Origin: Phallusia mammillata
Taxonomy: Eukaryota
Direction: 5' to 3'
Assembly: GCA_965637545.1 (NCBI GenBank)
Contig: OZ281496.1
Location: 12,214,001 to 12,278,000 of the forward strand
DNA: 64,000 bases
The position numbers were made by a program, and so were the translations under genes. Positions 9,678 to 21,470 of the stretch are shown piece after piece (within the stretch, counting starts at the first letter, position 1; each line of letters opens with the position of its first letter). The notes under the pieces are model-generated. The model saw only the letters and a program-made list of their open reading frames with translations, was not told where the DNA came from and made no database searches.

Positions 9678-12600
9678 AAATGTACAAAATATACTCAAAA
9701 AGATTGGCAGACGATGAGCGTCAGTGTAAAGTTTCATTTTCAACATAAATATTAATTTCGCCTATTAAGGCATGGTCAGTTTCTGTCTAAGAAAAGAAAA
9801 GAAACGATAAAAAAACATAAAAAGTTAAAATACTAAAACAACTAACAGTTGCGAAAACCAGACAATGGCGAGAAAAATATGGAGAACGGCTGTGATAAAA
9901 AGCCAAAACTGACTCACTGCAAATAAGGTGGCAACGCCGGTAGCAAACAAAAAACTAGCAGTTGTAAAAATGGCGAGCGTGTTGATTGATCGGTGTGAAT
10001 TCCATCTAGTACTGAAACGTTTTTTTGTTTGTCTTACGTACTGCTCTTTGCATGTTGTACAAGTGGCCACGTATATGCCATAATTTTTGCAAGTCAACTG
10101 TTGTCTTAGGGGAATAGAGTGGTAGGAAGGCGTGGTGATGCAGGTAGCGGAAGGAACCATTGCCTTAAACCCCTTTCTACCACCACACAATGCGCATTTG
10201 CCGCATGGTCTAGAATATCCACCAGCCTGTTTATAGCTCAACATACCCGGTGCGCGATTCTTGGACAATATCGCACCGAGTGTTTTGGGCGTTGAAACGT
10301 AATGCAAGCTTTGGGCTTTGGCGCTTTTTCTTTTGTTGACAGTTTAAGGATGCCTGGGAAATTGGTAGCCCAGAAAACTATTTTATGCTGCTTCTGTGGT
10401 GTTGCTTTAGGCCCGAAACGTAGTTTCCAGGTGGAAGCTAAATCGATTATGTCCGAAGTCAATCTTTTTGGAAAGCAGGAAAATAAACATTTTTGCTTCA
10501 ACCTCACAAGGCTGTGGATGAAATCGGTATCCGTTTCATTCAGGCGACGCATGCGTACCGCTTCCGAAAAGACAATGGATTTAAATACACACGGAGGATG
10601 GTGCGAGAATCCATTCAAAAACGATAAGAAACAGCCGTAGGTTCAACATAATCTTTTGTTATAAAACCTGTTGCGGTGGTGTCGGACGTTACATGGAGGA
10701 CGTCGAGGAATTCCAGTTCTTGTCCAGGTGTAGCTGTACATACCTTTCGAAAAGTGAAGGACAAACCGAAACTGGCAAAAGTTTTTCTCAATACCTGCTG
10801 TCCATATTCAGCATCATTTTCACTTTTTGAAATCCATATTATATCATCAATAAATCTTTTGAACACCATCGTGTAATTTAGTAATGGTGGAGGAGCATGG
10901 ATGGATGATGGTTGAAGTGCAATATTGGCCACTGATACCGAGTGGTTGTCACCAGTGATTATTCCTGTCTTTTGGGAATATGGGCAGTTGTCAAACTGGG
11001 TGACAACGTTTTCAAGACAGTGCATTATAAGCTTGACCAGCGTCTGCTGGCGACGCTGTGCTTAGAATGGTTTTTCAAGGCATGAGCTAGTGCCACCTTT
11101 GTAAGGTTTCGGTCCAGGCTTGGACATAGGGCCTCTAAGTCAGCAGCCACGATAACTAAACTATCCGCATGGCTTTGTGCCTGGTCATCCAATATCCACT
11201 TTTCTATTTCTAACAGCTGCCCTTTGCTGTCCTTGCAGTATTCGTCAACGGTACTTTTGCAGAAGGGTTGGCTGACAGGTTTAAGTAGGTACTCTTGCAG
11301 TGCTGTAATACGCGACAGAGACGTATCCCCCGCCGCATGTACCAATCTCACCGGAATATCTGAGCACTTTGCAAGTTGCAGTTGTTGTGGCGCCATTTTG
11401 TGGGTTTTAAACAAAGGGTATGCGTAGGCTGGTTTGTTGTTGCTAAAAAACTTGGCTGAAGGTCCTGAAACATGATGGTAAGTAGAACCAGTCGCTTTTA
11501 TACCTATGGTGTGGAACAACATGTCCATGTCTATGACATTGGTCATGTGGAGTTTTTTTTTACCAATGCTTCGCACTCGAGATAGATATGCCTTTGGTGA
11601 CTGTCAAAATCCTCAGGTTTAACTGGCAATCTGGAAAACTTCATGAGGTTCTTTCTCATGATATGGCAGAAGTTGGAGTAGTCGACTACGACAATTTTTC
11701 CATCTTAGTCCGTCTCACATATGACTATGACGTTATTCGCGACAAGTCGTTTAAGCTTCTGCAAGCTTGAGCGATATTCTAGATTCAACGTCGTACAGCA
11801 GGACCCAGAGTGCGCATTTTTACCCGTACACTTTCCGTTTAAGCAAGAGTTTTTCGTCAAGAAGACTAGGGTCAGGTCTTGAAAATTTAGGAATTTTTAG
11901 TTTGGGCGGCAGCATTGGTTCATCTTGTGATGAATCATCTCCAAAAACATTGTCCCATTCTATTCTGTGAATGTGGGACTATGCATTTAATCATTCTGAG
12001 TTTTTTTCTTTCTTCGTCCAGTCAGGTGTAGGGGCAAAGTTTAATCCTTTTAAGAGGAACAATTTGTCCGTATGTGACAAAATCTTTCTGGATTTATTTA
12101 AAATGCAATCTTCGGCTTGCTGGTTTTTAATAGCGGCATTAGCTTTACATTTACGTCGGATGTAGCGGTTTCTGTCGCTTTTATTCTTCAAACGACGTTT
12201 GGTGCAACGTGCGTCACTCCGAAGCGCGGACTTAAAACGTTTGCGGAGTTCAGCTTGTTTGAACCATAACCAACTAAATTTTCGCTAATATCTGATTTGG
12301 TAGCTGTGGTAGCAAGCGCCGTGGTCGGGCGGCAAAACTTGAGGAAGGGTAAGGGTTTTGTACGGAGCTAGTTGTTCAGTAATTTTCCTCCTCTCTTGAA
12401 TAAGCAGAAGATCAAAATCTACACCCCTACGTTGGTTTGAGGGGAGTAGGACTTTGTGTTTTATGCATTTTCGCAAGAAAGCAGCTTTGGTGATAATCGT
12501 TATCCCTTTCTTTGGTCTTATTGGATCCACCTTGTGCAAATAAGGGATTCTAGTTTCCACGTCAGAAGTAAGTGTCATGTCATAACAGGCTACAAGAATC

Positions 12601-12698
12601 AGCCTCTGTAACAGGGTGTTGACCGACAGGTCTGTCTTTACTTGTCAAATATACAAAATATACTCGAAAAGAGTGACAGACGATCAGCGTCAGTGTAA
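9678..12698 (-). mobile_element. Decayed Penelope-like element (RT plus Cys-motif GIY-YIG endonuclease; Neptune-like), several frameshifts
   Basis: Minus-strand pieces LLKGLNFAPTP, YPLFKTHK...IPVR, AADLEALCPSL, FKRFIDDIIWI...FLDV and CGKCALCG...GIYVATCTTCKEQYVRQTKKRFSTRWNSHR; 52-bp direct repeat at both ends (9678-9729 and 12647-12698, 47/52 identical). Confidence 0.88.
9744..9785 (-). ncRNA. Degenerate type I hammerhead ribozyme in the 3' terminal region of the Penelope-like element
   Basis: Minus strand reads CAGAAA-CUGACCA-U-GCCU(UAAU)AGGC-GAA-AU(UA)AU-A-UUUAUG; core G8 is replaced by C and stem I has one mismatch. Confidence 0.6.
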
Positions 12699-13220
12699 TT
12701 CGCTTGTACTTGCGATTTTCTAGTAAAAGCTGAAAATGCAAATCTGTGTTTATTCGATGTGCGACCCTGCTGTATTAATTACATTTTCCTAACTGGTTCT
12801 TGTGTTAAAAAGGTTGCTCACCCCTTGTTTAGACAACAGTCAAATGACCGGTTGGTTTGAAATGCATTTGGCGAGCCTTTGTCGATCTTTCTTTTGCCGT
12901 TATGCACCAGTGTTCAGTGACCAGTGTTGTTAGTTGAGAGTCAATGATTAAGGCTAAAACGATCAGCGTCTGCAGCGTACTAAAGTCCGTTATGTTAACA
13001 AGAAAAAAAGGAAAGGGTTTTATTCTTTTCTCACATCTTCTGTAAGGTCAAACAAAAATATCAGCGTAACAGTAAAAGTAAATTTGTTTGTATTGTATTT
13101 ATGTAGAAACTGAAAAGGGCTTTGAATCAGGTTAACGACTTGGTTAACATGAGTCGAAGTCTAAAGCTTGCGAAACACACCTTATGAATCACTATGTTGC
13201 TTCTGTAGCAAACAATAGGG

Positions 13221-13965
13221 CAGTGGTTCTTTGCCTTTTTATAACAGCCGAACCCTAAAGTTACATCCTAGGTTTTTAACCCATTTTGTTGGGTGGGTCA
13301 TAATTAGTTTTTTTTATAAATTCTGACATAGCAATACAAGCAACTTGTTTCATGATTGCTTTAAATCCGGCAATTTTTAGTTTTTACCAAAATAAAGCAT
13401 TGTATTTTTAGCACCTGTGCACAAACATGAAAAGATGATGTAATAAGTTTTTGCTGAAGAACGCGACCAATGCCCATTGTTACGTCAAAAAAAAATAAAC
13501 CTTAGAGGTGAATAACCATTTTGCTAGAACGCTCGCGATATTTGTTTTGAAATACTTGGTTTATTTCATGTATTTACCATCTATTAGCGCCCAAAAGCCC
13601 AGCTTAACTTGTTGCTTGGTGTATAGATTGAGCTGCACAACGAGGATCAGTCTTAAGTGTTTATGATGTCATAATCTTTTTTGTGATCCTTGTGGTACCT
13701 GTTTTGTACGCATTGTTGGCACACAATAGGCGTACAAAAAGATTGACACATACCGTTATTAGCTTGGTAATACTATTTTCAGTACCACAAAACACCCCTG
13801 CCTAAGTTTAACCTTTCAGTGTTTTGATATTGAGCAAATACAAATTGCAGTTTTTAGCGACTATAGACCTAAAAGTATGACAAAAACGAGTATTTGTAGT
13901 GTACTTCATAAGACCTACGTCGAACCCCTGATTTGGCGTTGCCAAACCCTGGTTAAGAACCACTG
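13221..13965. mobile_element. Non-autonomous hAT element (MITE), 745 bp
   Basis: TIR CAGTGGTTCT...AGAACCACTG; perfect 8-bp TSD CAATAGGG at 13213-13220 and 13966-13973. Confidence 0.92.
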
Positions 13966-15127
13966 CAATAGGGGGTTGAAATCTTTTTAACTCTAAAATT
14001 ATACTTTGTTTAACAACTGATTGTTTACTACGATGGCACTAAACAAAATATCGCAAAGTGAATCTTCACTTGGTTTGCAGTAGTAGGTTTAAACTATGTT
14101 TCCATTTGTGTTGTGATGGTTTGTTGAATAATTCACAAAATCAATTTTGAATTTTCACCAGTTGCCTGTTCTCTTAGTTTCTAAATCCATGGAAGCTAGC
14201 TAATAGGCCATGCGTCGAATTGCTTCCTGTGATACGAAAACGTGGTAAAACCGCAAGTTGCAGCTGCACAACCCGTTAATGTCTGAATTGCTTCGTTTGC
14301 ACGCAACAACTGATCTTTGTAGTCCAGTTAAGGTTTACAGTAGCGAGGGAAAGCTAGTGTTTATATTAGTTAGATGTTAGAGGACGAATTCGTTTGTCTG
14401 TCACGTTTAGAACACACCGTTTTAATCATTTTACCAGTGGTATGTTATGTTGGGTTAGATTCGGAAAAGTAAAATATCTTTTAAGTGCGTTTAATTGCAG
14501 TTTGAAACAAAAAAGCTACTCAGAATTATTAATAAACCTGGTTGGAATTTCCACAGAGGTTTGGACTTAAGTGTTTTAATACTTGGAAACACTGATACAT
14601 AATATTTATTGACTTGATGCTACTATACGTTGGTTTTGAATAAGATGACTTTAGTCTACGTTTACTTTTCATTTTATTGTACATCTGTTGTTATCTTAAG
14701 GCTTCAAAAAAATGAAGACCCACTTCTCTTAATTACAATTACTTGTCTTGAATAGAACAAATGTATGGCAGACGTGACATCGACCGCTTCATGCGCAGAT
14801 AAGAACCTCTGAACTGAATACATATTTTCTGACAGAGTAACTCTAATACCTTGAATTGGTTCAATACATAAACCCTTTGGCAAACCAGCGCTACAGGAAT
14901 ATGTCCGATCAGTTGTTTGGCCAAGTTTGTAACCAATACAAATGACGCTTGTAATCGAAGACGCTAGAAAAAAGAAAATTGTTGCACAGCTGACTGCCGC
15001 ATTGCAAAGCTACTTGATTTCAGTTAGCTTGAAACATTACTCGAGTATTAGGATTGCAGATAGTTACACACATCAGTTAATTACAAAGTATTACAGAGCT
15101 AAGAGTTGTAACTTGTTTGTTTTTCAG

Positions 15128-16080
15128 TTGGTATTCTTGTTGTTTCATTGTGCCAGGCAACTCACACTAAACATACATCTTATATATGTGATGTTTGTGT
15201 AAGAATATTTGCAATAAGAGGACATTGGAAAACACACATGTTTACACAATCCAGTAAGAAACCTTATCGATGTGATGTTTGTGAAAAACGCTTCAGCGAA
15301 AATGGAAGTTTGAAAAGGCACATGTTGACGCACACCAATCCTAAACCGTATCGATGTAATATTTGTGAAAAATGCTTTATACGAGGTGATTATTTGAAAA
15401 CACACATGTTGACACATACCAAAGAAAAGCCTCATCGATGTGATGTTTGTGAAAAATGCTTTAACCAAGGTGGTAATTTAAAAAGGCACATGTTGACACA
15501 CACCAACGAAAAACCTCATCGATGTGATGTTTGTGATAAAAGATTTAGTCGGCGTGGAAATTTAAAAAGACACATGTTGACACACACCAAAGAGAAACCA
15601 CATCGCTGCATTGTTTGCGAAAAGCGCTTCAGCGAAAGTGGAAATTTGAAAAAGCACATGTTGACACACACTAAAGAGAAACCTCATCAATGTGATGTTT
15701 GTAAAAAAAGCATTACCTGGGGTAGAAACTTGAAAACACACATGTTGACACACACCAATCAGAATGTGACATTTGTGAAAAATGCTTTAAAGGTGGAAAT
15801 TTAAAAAGGCACAAGTTGACTCACACCAAAGAGAACCTTATCGATGTAACATTTCTGAAAATTGCTTCAGCCATGGTGGAAACTTAAAAACACACATGTT
15901 CACACACACCAACGAAAAACCTCATCAATGTGATGTTTGTGAAAAAAGATTTAACATCAGTGGAAATTTAAAAACACAAATGTTGACGCACACCAGTCAG
16001 AAGCTTTAGCCATGTGATGTTTGTGAAAAAACGCTACACCACAAGTGGGAGTTTAAAAAGTCACATTACGACACACAAAA
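15128..16080 (+). pseudogene. Tandem C2H2 zinc-finger exon: about 11 fingers, 6 intact, the four 3' fingers frameshifted or degenerate
   Basis: 84-bp period; C-x2-C-x12-H-x3-H with HTKEKPHRC-type linkers in ORF 15148-15804; finger-like sequence continues out of frame to about 16080; possible splice acceptor TTGTTTTTCAG ending at 15127. Could be a truncated but expressed gene. Confidence 0.85.
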
Positions 16081-17629
16081 AGACAAACTCCATTGATGTC
16101 ATACATCTACAGGTTTAACAGTAGTTACAATTTTAAACAAACACGTTATGATGCACACTCGCGAAAACTGGTGTACGATTTTAAATTATGTGTGTTGGCT
16201 TGCACCAAAGTGAAATTCCTCTCGTATGTTTTGTGAAGGAAATAACAAATAGCACCAATAGACATTTGAAAACACGCTGGTGTGCTGTTTGTAAAAATGT
16301 TTAACGCATCTAGTTTATTGGAAATAAGGCATTTAAAGTTTATCTTGCAAATAGGCAAAAGTTTATAACAATGCCCTAAAAGAATAGCGAATGTTAAACC
16401 AGGTCATACTCAACCAATGAATTTGTTTTACAAGTTTAAACCCATTCAATAATACAACGCAACACATTGCTAAATCGAAAATAGGGAAGAACTGGATTTC
16501 TTACTGCTTGACATATAGTAGTGGTTTTCTAGATTACTTCTTTCGGGGCTTGCCAAAGCGACATGTAGGGTAAATTTTATATAGTTTTGCTAAATTACCC
16601 TGCAGTTTATCACGTCCGGTCAACACCGAGACCATATTAAGACTGTGCACTGACAAGACCTTAATTTGTCAATAAGTTCAATTTGTTGCAACAGGATGTT
16701 CGTCAATGCTCATCAGAAAACTGAAGAACACAATGTAAATCGTCATTTGGGGTCTAGTGTAAACAAAGGTTGTTTTACGGGTTCGTGTTTCTTGATGATT
16801 ATCACTATAGCTTCTGTTTAATAGTTGATGTTTAAAATATCTATCCCGTGTGGGTCTGTCTGTTTCTAACATGAAAGGCAACTAATCTGACCGCGTGTTG
16901 TACGTAAAGCTACTAATTTAAAGGTAAAACTAGTTGCAGAGATACACGTTGTCGATAGGTATTGTGACATTATTGATGTGCATGCGTCACTTTGTTCCAA
17001 AATGCATGACAGGGATTTCCTTGTTCCATGTGAACCAAATCAGTGGCAATTTTCTACGCTTGAAAAACCACATATAATACGAAAACGTTCTAAAGGCGGA
17101 GGTCGCAATTGCACAAATGATTACTGTCTAAATTGCATCATGTACGCGCTACAACTGGCCACAGTAGCCCAGTTGAGGGTTTATGCAGTGGCGAGGTAAA
17201 GCTAGTCTGTAAGTTGGTGAAATTCGTTAGTACGATTGGTTGGTCTGCTATGCTACAACAACACAGGTTTAATATCCACTGCTTAGATATTTTATCTGTG
17301 GTCTGTATTCTTGCATTAGATTGGAGAAGCTAAAAAAACCTATTTAAGCGAAAACGTGACTGCGTTTTTCAAACGAAGCAAGGGACGCAAAAATTAATAT
17401 TGCATGTCTGCCTGATAAAAACACTTAACTTCCAATCAAACGTTACTTCGTGGGCGGGGTGTTTGACACCCCTGTTTTAACCCATTTGACATCTGTTGTA
17501 AAGCTCAACGTTTAACACTCAATAAGTTAAAGTGGAATTGTTGCCAGTCGATGCCGGTCAGCTCTTCAGTCGAAAATCAGTAAAATTGTGAAAAAGTTTT
17601 ATTTATTATTCAGCATTTTTTTCAACATG

Positions 17630-20600
17630 TCATTTTGTTTTTGTCAGACAAATTCCTCCCAATGCTAAGACAACAGTTATCCAGAAAATTGCTCGGTATA
17701 CGGGATTGGCAATCATTTCGTTGACATCTGCAAATGCGTCACCAACCAAATTTACACATTCGTCACTTCCGTCTAAACAATCGCGAATTCCATTCTGCGC
17801 CAGTTTCCATTCAACCGACAAGGGTTGTTTATTTCTGCAATAAAATCGCTCCATTTCGCAACGGCATTTGGTTTCATCAGATTCATTGTCGCAAGCAACA
17901 GCCACTGGATCGTCATGCGCTTGCGCATGAACTTTCTCATCAGCAGGAACGATTAAACACAACTTGTGTATAGGCCTTCGAACACAGTTTCCCTTGGATC
18001 GAACCATGACGCTTCGTACAACTCCATGCTCATCAGGATGGACGGCGACGATTCTTCCTATCGACCACCACGATCTCGGGGATGCGTTGTCCACCAAAAG
18101 GACAACGTCGTTCACTTGGAGATTCTTTTTTTCATCATGCCATTTTTGACGTGAGATAATAGTACGCAAATATTCTCTCGACCAGCGCTTCCAGAACTGA
18201 TCCGAAAAGTATTGGACGTGGCGCCAACCTTGGCGGGCATTACAGTCACGGTCTTTTGTAGCGGCCGGCGGAAGGCCGCCAAAAGGGTTTACCCTGAGCA
18301 AATGGTTCGGGGTAAGTGGAGTTTCATCATCAACGTCCCAGGTGACCGGTGTCAGAGGACGAGAATTCAGAATTGATTCAACTTCCGACAGCAGAGTTTG
18401 CAGTTGATCATCAGTGAGCGTCCGTTCGTTTGTCAAGGCTGAAAGTATACGTCTTGCCGAACGGATCATCCGCTCCCAGGCTCCTCCCATATGACTAGCG
18501 CTGGGCGGGTTAAAGGTCCATTGTATTTCCTTCTGCTTCAAGTGTTCTTCGATCTGGTGCTGGTTCCAGTTTCGAATTCCATCCTTTAGAACACGTTCCG
18601 CACCAACCAGGTTAGTGCCGTTATCAGAGTACATGTGCAAAACCATACCTCGTCGCGCAACAAAGCGGCGGAGCGCGTTGACGAAGGCGTCGGTGCTCAA
18701 GTCACATGCAACTTCCAAATGAACTGCACGTGTTGTGAGGCAGGTAAATAGACATCCATATCTTTTCACTTCGCTGCGCCCTCGTCTGACTAGCAGAGGG
18801 CCAAAATAATCAACACCAGTATAAGCGAATGGGTGGACGTTCATTTGTAAACGAGCAGGTGGGAGTTCAGACATCAGCTGCTTCGCAGGCTTGGCATCGC
18901 GGTATCGGCACTTCAGGCAACGACTTAACGCGCGGCGAACGGCAACTGCTCCACCCACGATCCAGAAACGTTGATTCAGAGTCGTCAATGTGTGGTTCAA
19001 TCCAGAGTGACCAACACGCTGGTGGAAATCAGTAATGATTAGATCGGTCAAACACGAGTTGTGAGGGAGAATCGCTGGATGGCGTGCCTCGTATGAAACT
19101 GGGGCTTTCTCCAGTCGCCCACCAACGCGTAAAACTCCCTCAACAAGAAATGGATCCAATCGAAATATTGGTGATGACTTAGTCATCTTTTTCAATCTTC
19201 CTTCTCCGGACATGCCAAACATCCATTGGGCAAAGTGACATCTTTGCGCATACTTGACCAACTCCATCTCAGCAAGCTTTAACTCATGAACTGTCAAAGG
19301 CGTGTTTGAAACTGGCTGAGGTTGGCGTCGCACTCCTTGTAACAAATAATATTTAAAGCGCAGCATCCAAGCGACTGCAGACTTTAACTTGTATAGAGAA
19401 GAAAACCTCATTAACAGTCGGTCCATTGGGCAAGCAGACTCCACAACCGTAAATATTTCAGCAGGTTTCTTCTCAAACACATTAGCATTGACCTCGACGT
19501 CCTGTTTCTCGAACATATTCGGCCACTTTGCAGGCTCATCCTTCAGAAACACTGGACCAAAAAACCACATATCCGACTTTGCAAGAGTATCAGCCGGTGC
19601 ACCCCGAGACGCCAGGTCAGCCGGATTCTGTTTTGTCGGCACGTGCTTCCAGTTCCGAGTGCACGTATTTTTCTCAATGAAAGCAAGCCGACGGGATACA
19701 AAAAGCGGAAATCTTCGTCGATCGTTTTGTATGCTTTGCAGCACCACAGAAGAATCCGTCCAAAATATTGACGGACGCAGATCTAACCCTAGTTCCCCCT
19801 TGATTGTCTGCTCCATCTTCACAGCAGTAACAGCAGCCATTAGTTCAAGCCGAATGGAAACTTCTCCTTGAGGGGCCAGTCGAGATTTACTCATGACTAG
19901 AGTACACGTGACAGAGTCCTTTCTTGTAGATCGCAGGTAACACACTGCGCCATATGCCTCCTTCGATGCATCGGAAAATACATGCAATCGGCTTCCTTGT
20001 ATATTGTCGTACGCGTGCAAGTTAAATGAACGCGGGATACTGATGTCGCGTAGACTTGACAACCTGAATAACCATCTTTCCCATTTCCGTAGGTCCTTTG
20101 GGTGCATTTCCTCGTCCCACTCCATTTCTTGCTGACATAAACTTCGGTAGATCAAACGTGCTTCCACTACCACTGGAACAACAAACCCCAGCGGGTCGAA
20201 CAACGAATTCATCGTTGACAGCAATCCCCGACGAGTGCGCGGTTTGACCGGCAAAGAAACCGTGAAATTAAACTCATCGGCTTGAACGCTCCAATGTACA
20301 CCAAGCACACGCTCCTGCACATCTTCATCTAAAGGGTGTGTCAACAGAGACTTGGACAGTTCCTCAGTCGGTAAACTATCCAAGATTTCCTTGCTGTTGG
20401 ATAGCCACTTGGTCAATCGAAACCCGCCTTTCGCAAGCAGGGAGCGCAGTCCTGCAACGAGTTCTAGACCAGTGTTAACATCCGAAACCGACGTGAGGCA
20501 ATCGTCCACATAAAAGTTTCTTTCCACAGTAGACGCGACAAGCGGTTCAAATTCACTGCCAAAGTCACTGGCAGCTTGTCGCAAACAAAATGCGGCACAG

Positions 20601-21175
20601 CTTGGAGACGAAGCTGCGCCAAACAGGTGAACCTTCATTCTGTGCGGAGTTGGGGCCCTTGACAGATCGCCTCCTGGCCACCATAAAAAACGTAGGCAAT
20701 CGCGGTCACGCGGAGCCACACGAACTTGATAAAACATGGCTTCAATATCGGCCACAAGAGCAATAGGTTCCTTGCGGAATCGCAACAGCACTCCGACTAA
20801 ACTATTTACAAAGTCGGGACCTTGCATTAGAGCCTGGTTGAGTGACAAGCCACGATATTGAGCAGCGCAATCAAATACAACACGGAGTTTACCTGGCTTG
20901 TTGGGATTTACAACACCGTGATGGGGAATGTACCAAACGCGTTGATTAGTACTTAATTCCTTTGTGGAAATTTCTTCTGCATACCCTTTGTCAATGGTCG
21001 TTTGCATTTGCTCTCCATATTTCGACATCATGACGTCATCCCTTGCTAGACGGCGTCTTAGGCAGGCTAAACGTTTTGTCGCCAATTTAAGGTTGTCGGG
21101 CATGATTTGGTGGTCGTGTCTCCACGGAAGTGGCAATTCATAGTGTCCATCAATAAATTTGTGTATTTCACACAA
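17630..21175 (-). CDS. BEL/Pao pol fragment (RT-RNase H-integrase), open for 1181 codons, lacking gag, protease and LTRs, with a foreign C-terminal extension
   Basis: GHYELPLPW, DIEAMF, YVDDCL, FSDAS, GVDYFGP, SDNGTN, WERMIRS and RPIHKLCL; no LTR seen on either side; the first codon given is TTG, so the true start is unknown. Confidence 0.93.
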   Translation of the reverse strand: MCEIHKFIDGHYELPLPWRHDHQIMPDNLKLATKRLACLRRRLARDDVMMSKYGEQMQTTIDKGYAEEISTKELSTNQRVWYIPHHGVVNPNKPGKLRVVFDCAAQYRGLSLNQALMQGPDFVNSLVGVLLRFRKEPIALVADIEAMFYQVRVAPRDRDCLRFLWWPGGDLSRAPTPHRMKVHLFGAASSPSCAAFCLRQAASDFGSEFEPLVASTVERNFYVDDCLTSVSDVNTGLELVAGLRSLLAKGGFRLTKWLSNSKEILDSLPTEELSKSLLTHPLDEDVQERVLGVHWSVQADEFNFTVSLPVKPRTRRGLLSTMNSLFDPLGFVVPVVVEARLIYRSLCQQEMEWDEEMHPKDLRKWERWLFRLSSLRDISIPRSFNLHAYDNIQGSRLHVFSDASKEAYGAVCYLRSTRKDSVTCTLVMSKSRLAPQGEVSIRLELMAAVTAVKMEQTIKGELGLDLRPSIFWTDSSVVLQSIQNDRRRFPLFVSRRLAFIEKNTCTRNWKHVPTKQNPADLASRGAPADTLAKSDMWFFGPVFLKDEPAKWPNMFEKQDVEVNANVFEKKPAEIFTVVESACPMDRLLMRFSSLYKLKSAVAWMLRFKYYLLQGVRRQPQPVSNTPLTVHELKLAEMELVKYAQRCHFAQWMFGMSGEGRLKKMTKSSPIFRLDPFLVEGVLRVGGRLEKAPVSYEARHPAILPHNSCLTDLIITDFHQRVGHSGLNHTLTTLNQRFWIVGGAVAVRRALSRCLKCRYRDAKPAKQLMSELPPARLQMNVHPFAYTGVDYFGPLLVRRGRSEVKRYGCLFTCLTTRAVHLEVACDLSTDAFVNALRRFVARRGMVLHMYSDNGTNLVGAERVLKDGIRNWNQHQIEEHLKQKEIQWTFNPPSASHMGGAWERMIRSARRILSALTNERTLTDDQLQTLLSEVESILNSRPLTPVTWDVDDETPLTPNHLLRVNPFGGLPPAATKDRDCNARQGWRHVQYFSDQFWKRWSREYLRTIISRQKWHDEKKNLQVNDVVLLVDNASPRSWWSIGRIVAVHPDEHGVVRSVMVRSKGNCVRRPIHKLCLIVPADEKVHAQAHDDPVAVACDNESDETKCRCEMERFYCRNKQPLSVEWKLAQNGIRDCLDGSDECVNLVGDAFADVNEMIANPVYRAIFWITVVLALGGICLTKTK
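17650..17900 (-). pseudogene. Fragment of an LDLa-repeat GPCR (RXFP/GRL101-like, tunicate LDLRR-GPCR type): LDLa repeats plus TM1, fused to BEL pol
   Basis: CDNESDETKC...RFYC...NGIRDCLDGSDEC (LDLa D-C-x-D-x-S-D-E motif) followed by FADVNEMIANPVYRAIFWITVVLALGG, resembling the pre-TM1 and TM1 segment of this receptor class. Confidence 0.75.
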
Positions 21176-21425
21176 ACGAAAGTTAATTGCAGGATTTTAG
21201 CTAGTTATGCAAAATTGCGCATAACAATCATCCAAAGACAGCATGTGACATCACAAACTGGACAAAAACATTACGATTGTGCGCGAACAATTGCATTTTT
21301 TAATAGTTGTCGTTCAATAAAGGCAAGTGTTTAGCAATGGAGACAGTCGATTCTCAATTCTACTTTGATTTAAACTTTTTTAGTGACACAAACTGACGCC
21401 AAAAAAGATTATAGAATTACTTTAA

Positions 21426-21470
21426 CCGCTTCGCGGTCCCCCCAAAATTGCCTCACGGACCCCTAAGAGG
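21426..21470. mobile_element. Possible 45-bp piggyBac-type deletion derivative
   Basis: TTAA on both sides (21422-21425, 21471-21474); ends CCGCTT and AAGAGG are inverted with one mismatch; internal GGTCC/GGACC. Confidence 0.35.

Noticed and set aside
15148-16080. Regular repeats as a CRISPR-like array
   Set aside because: The 84-bp period encodes C2H2 fingers; the context is eukaryotic and no cas genes are present.
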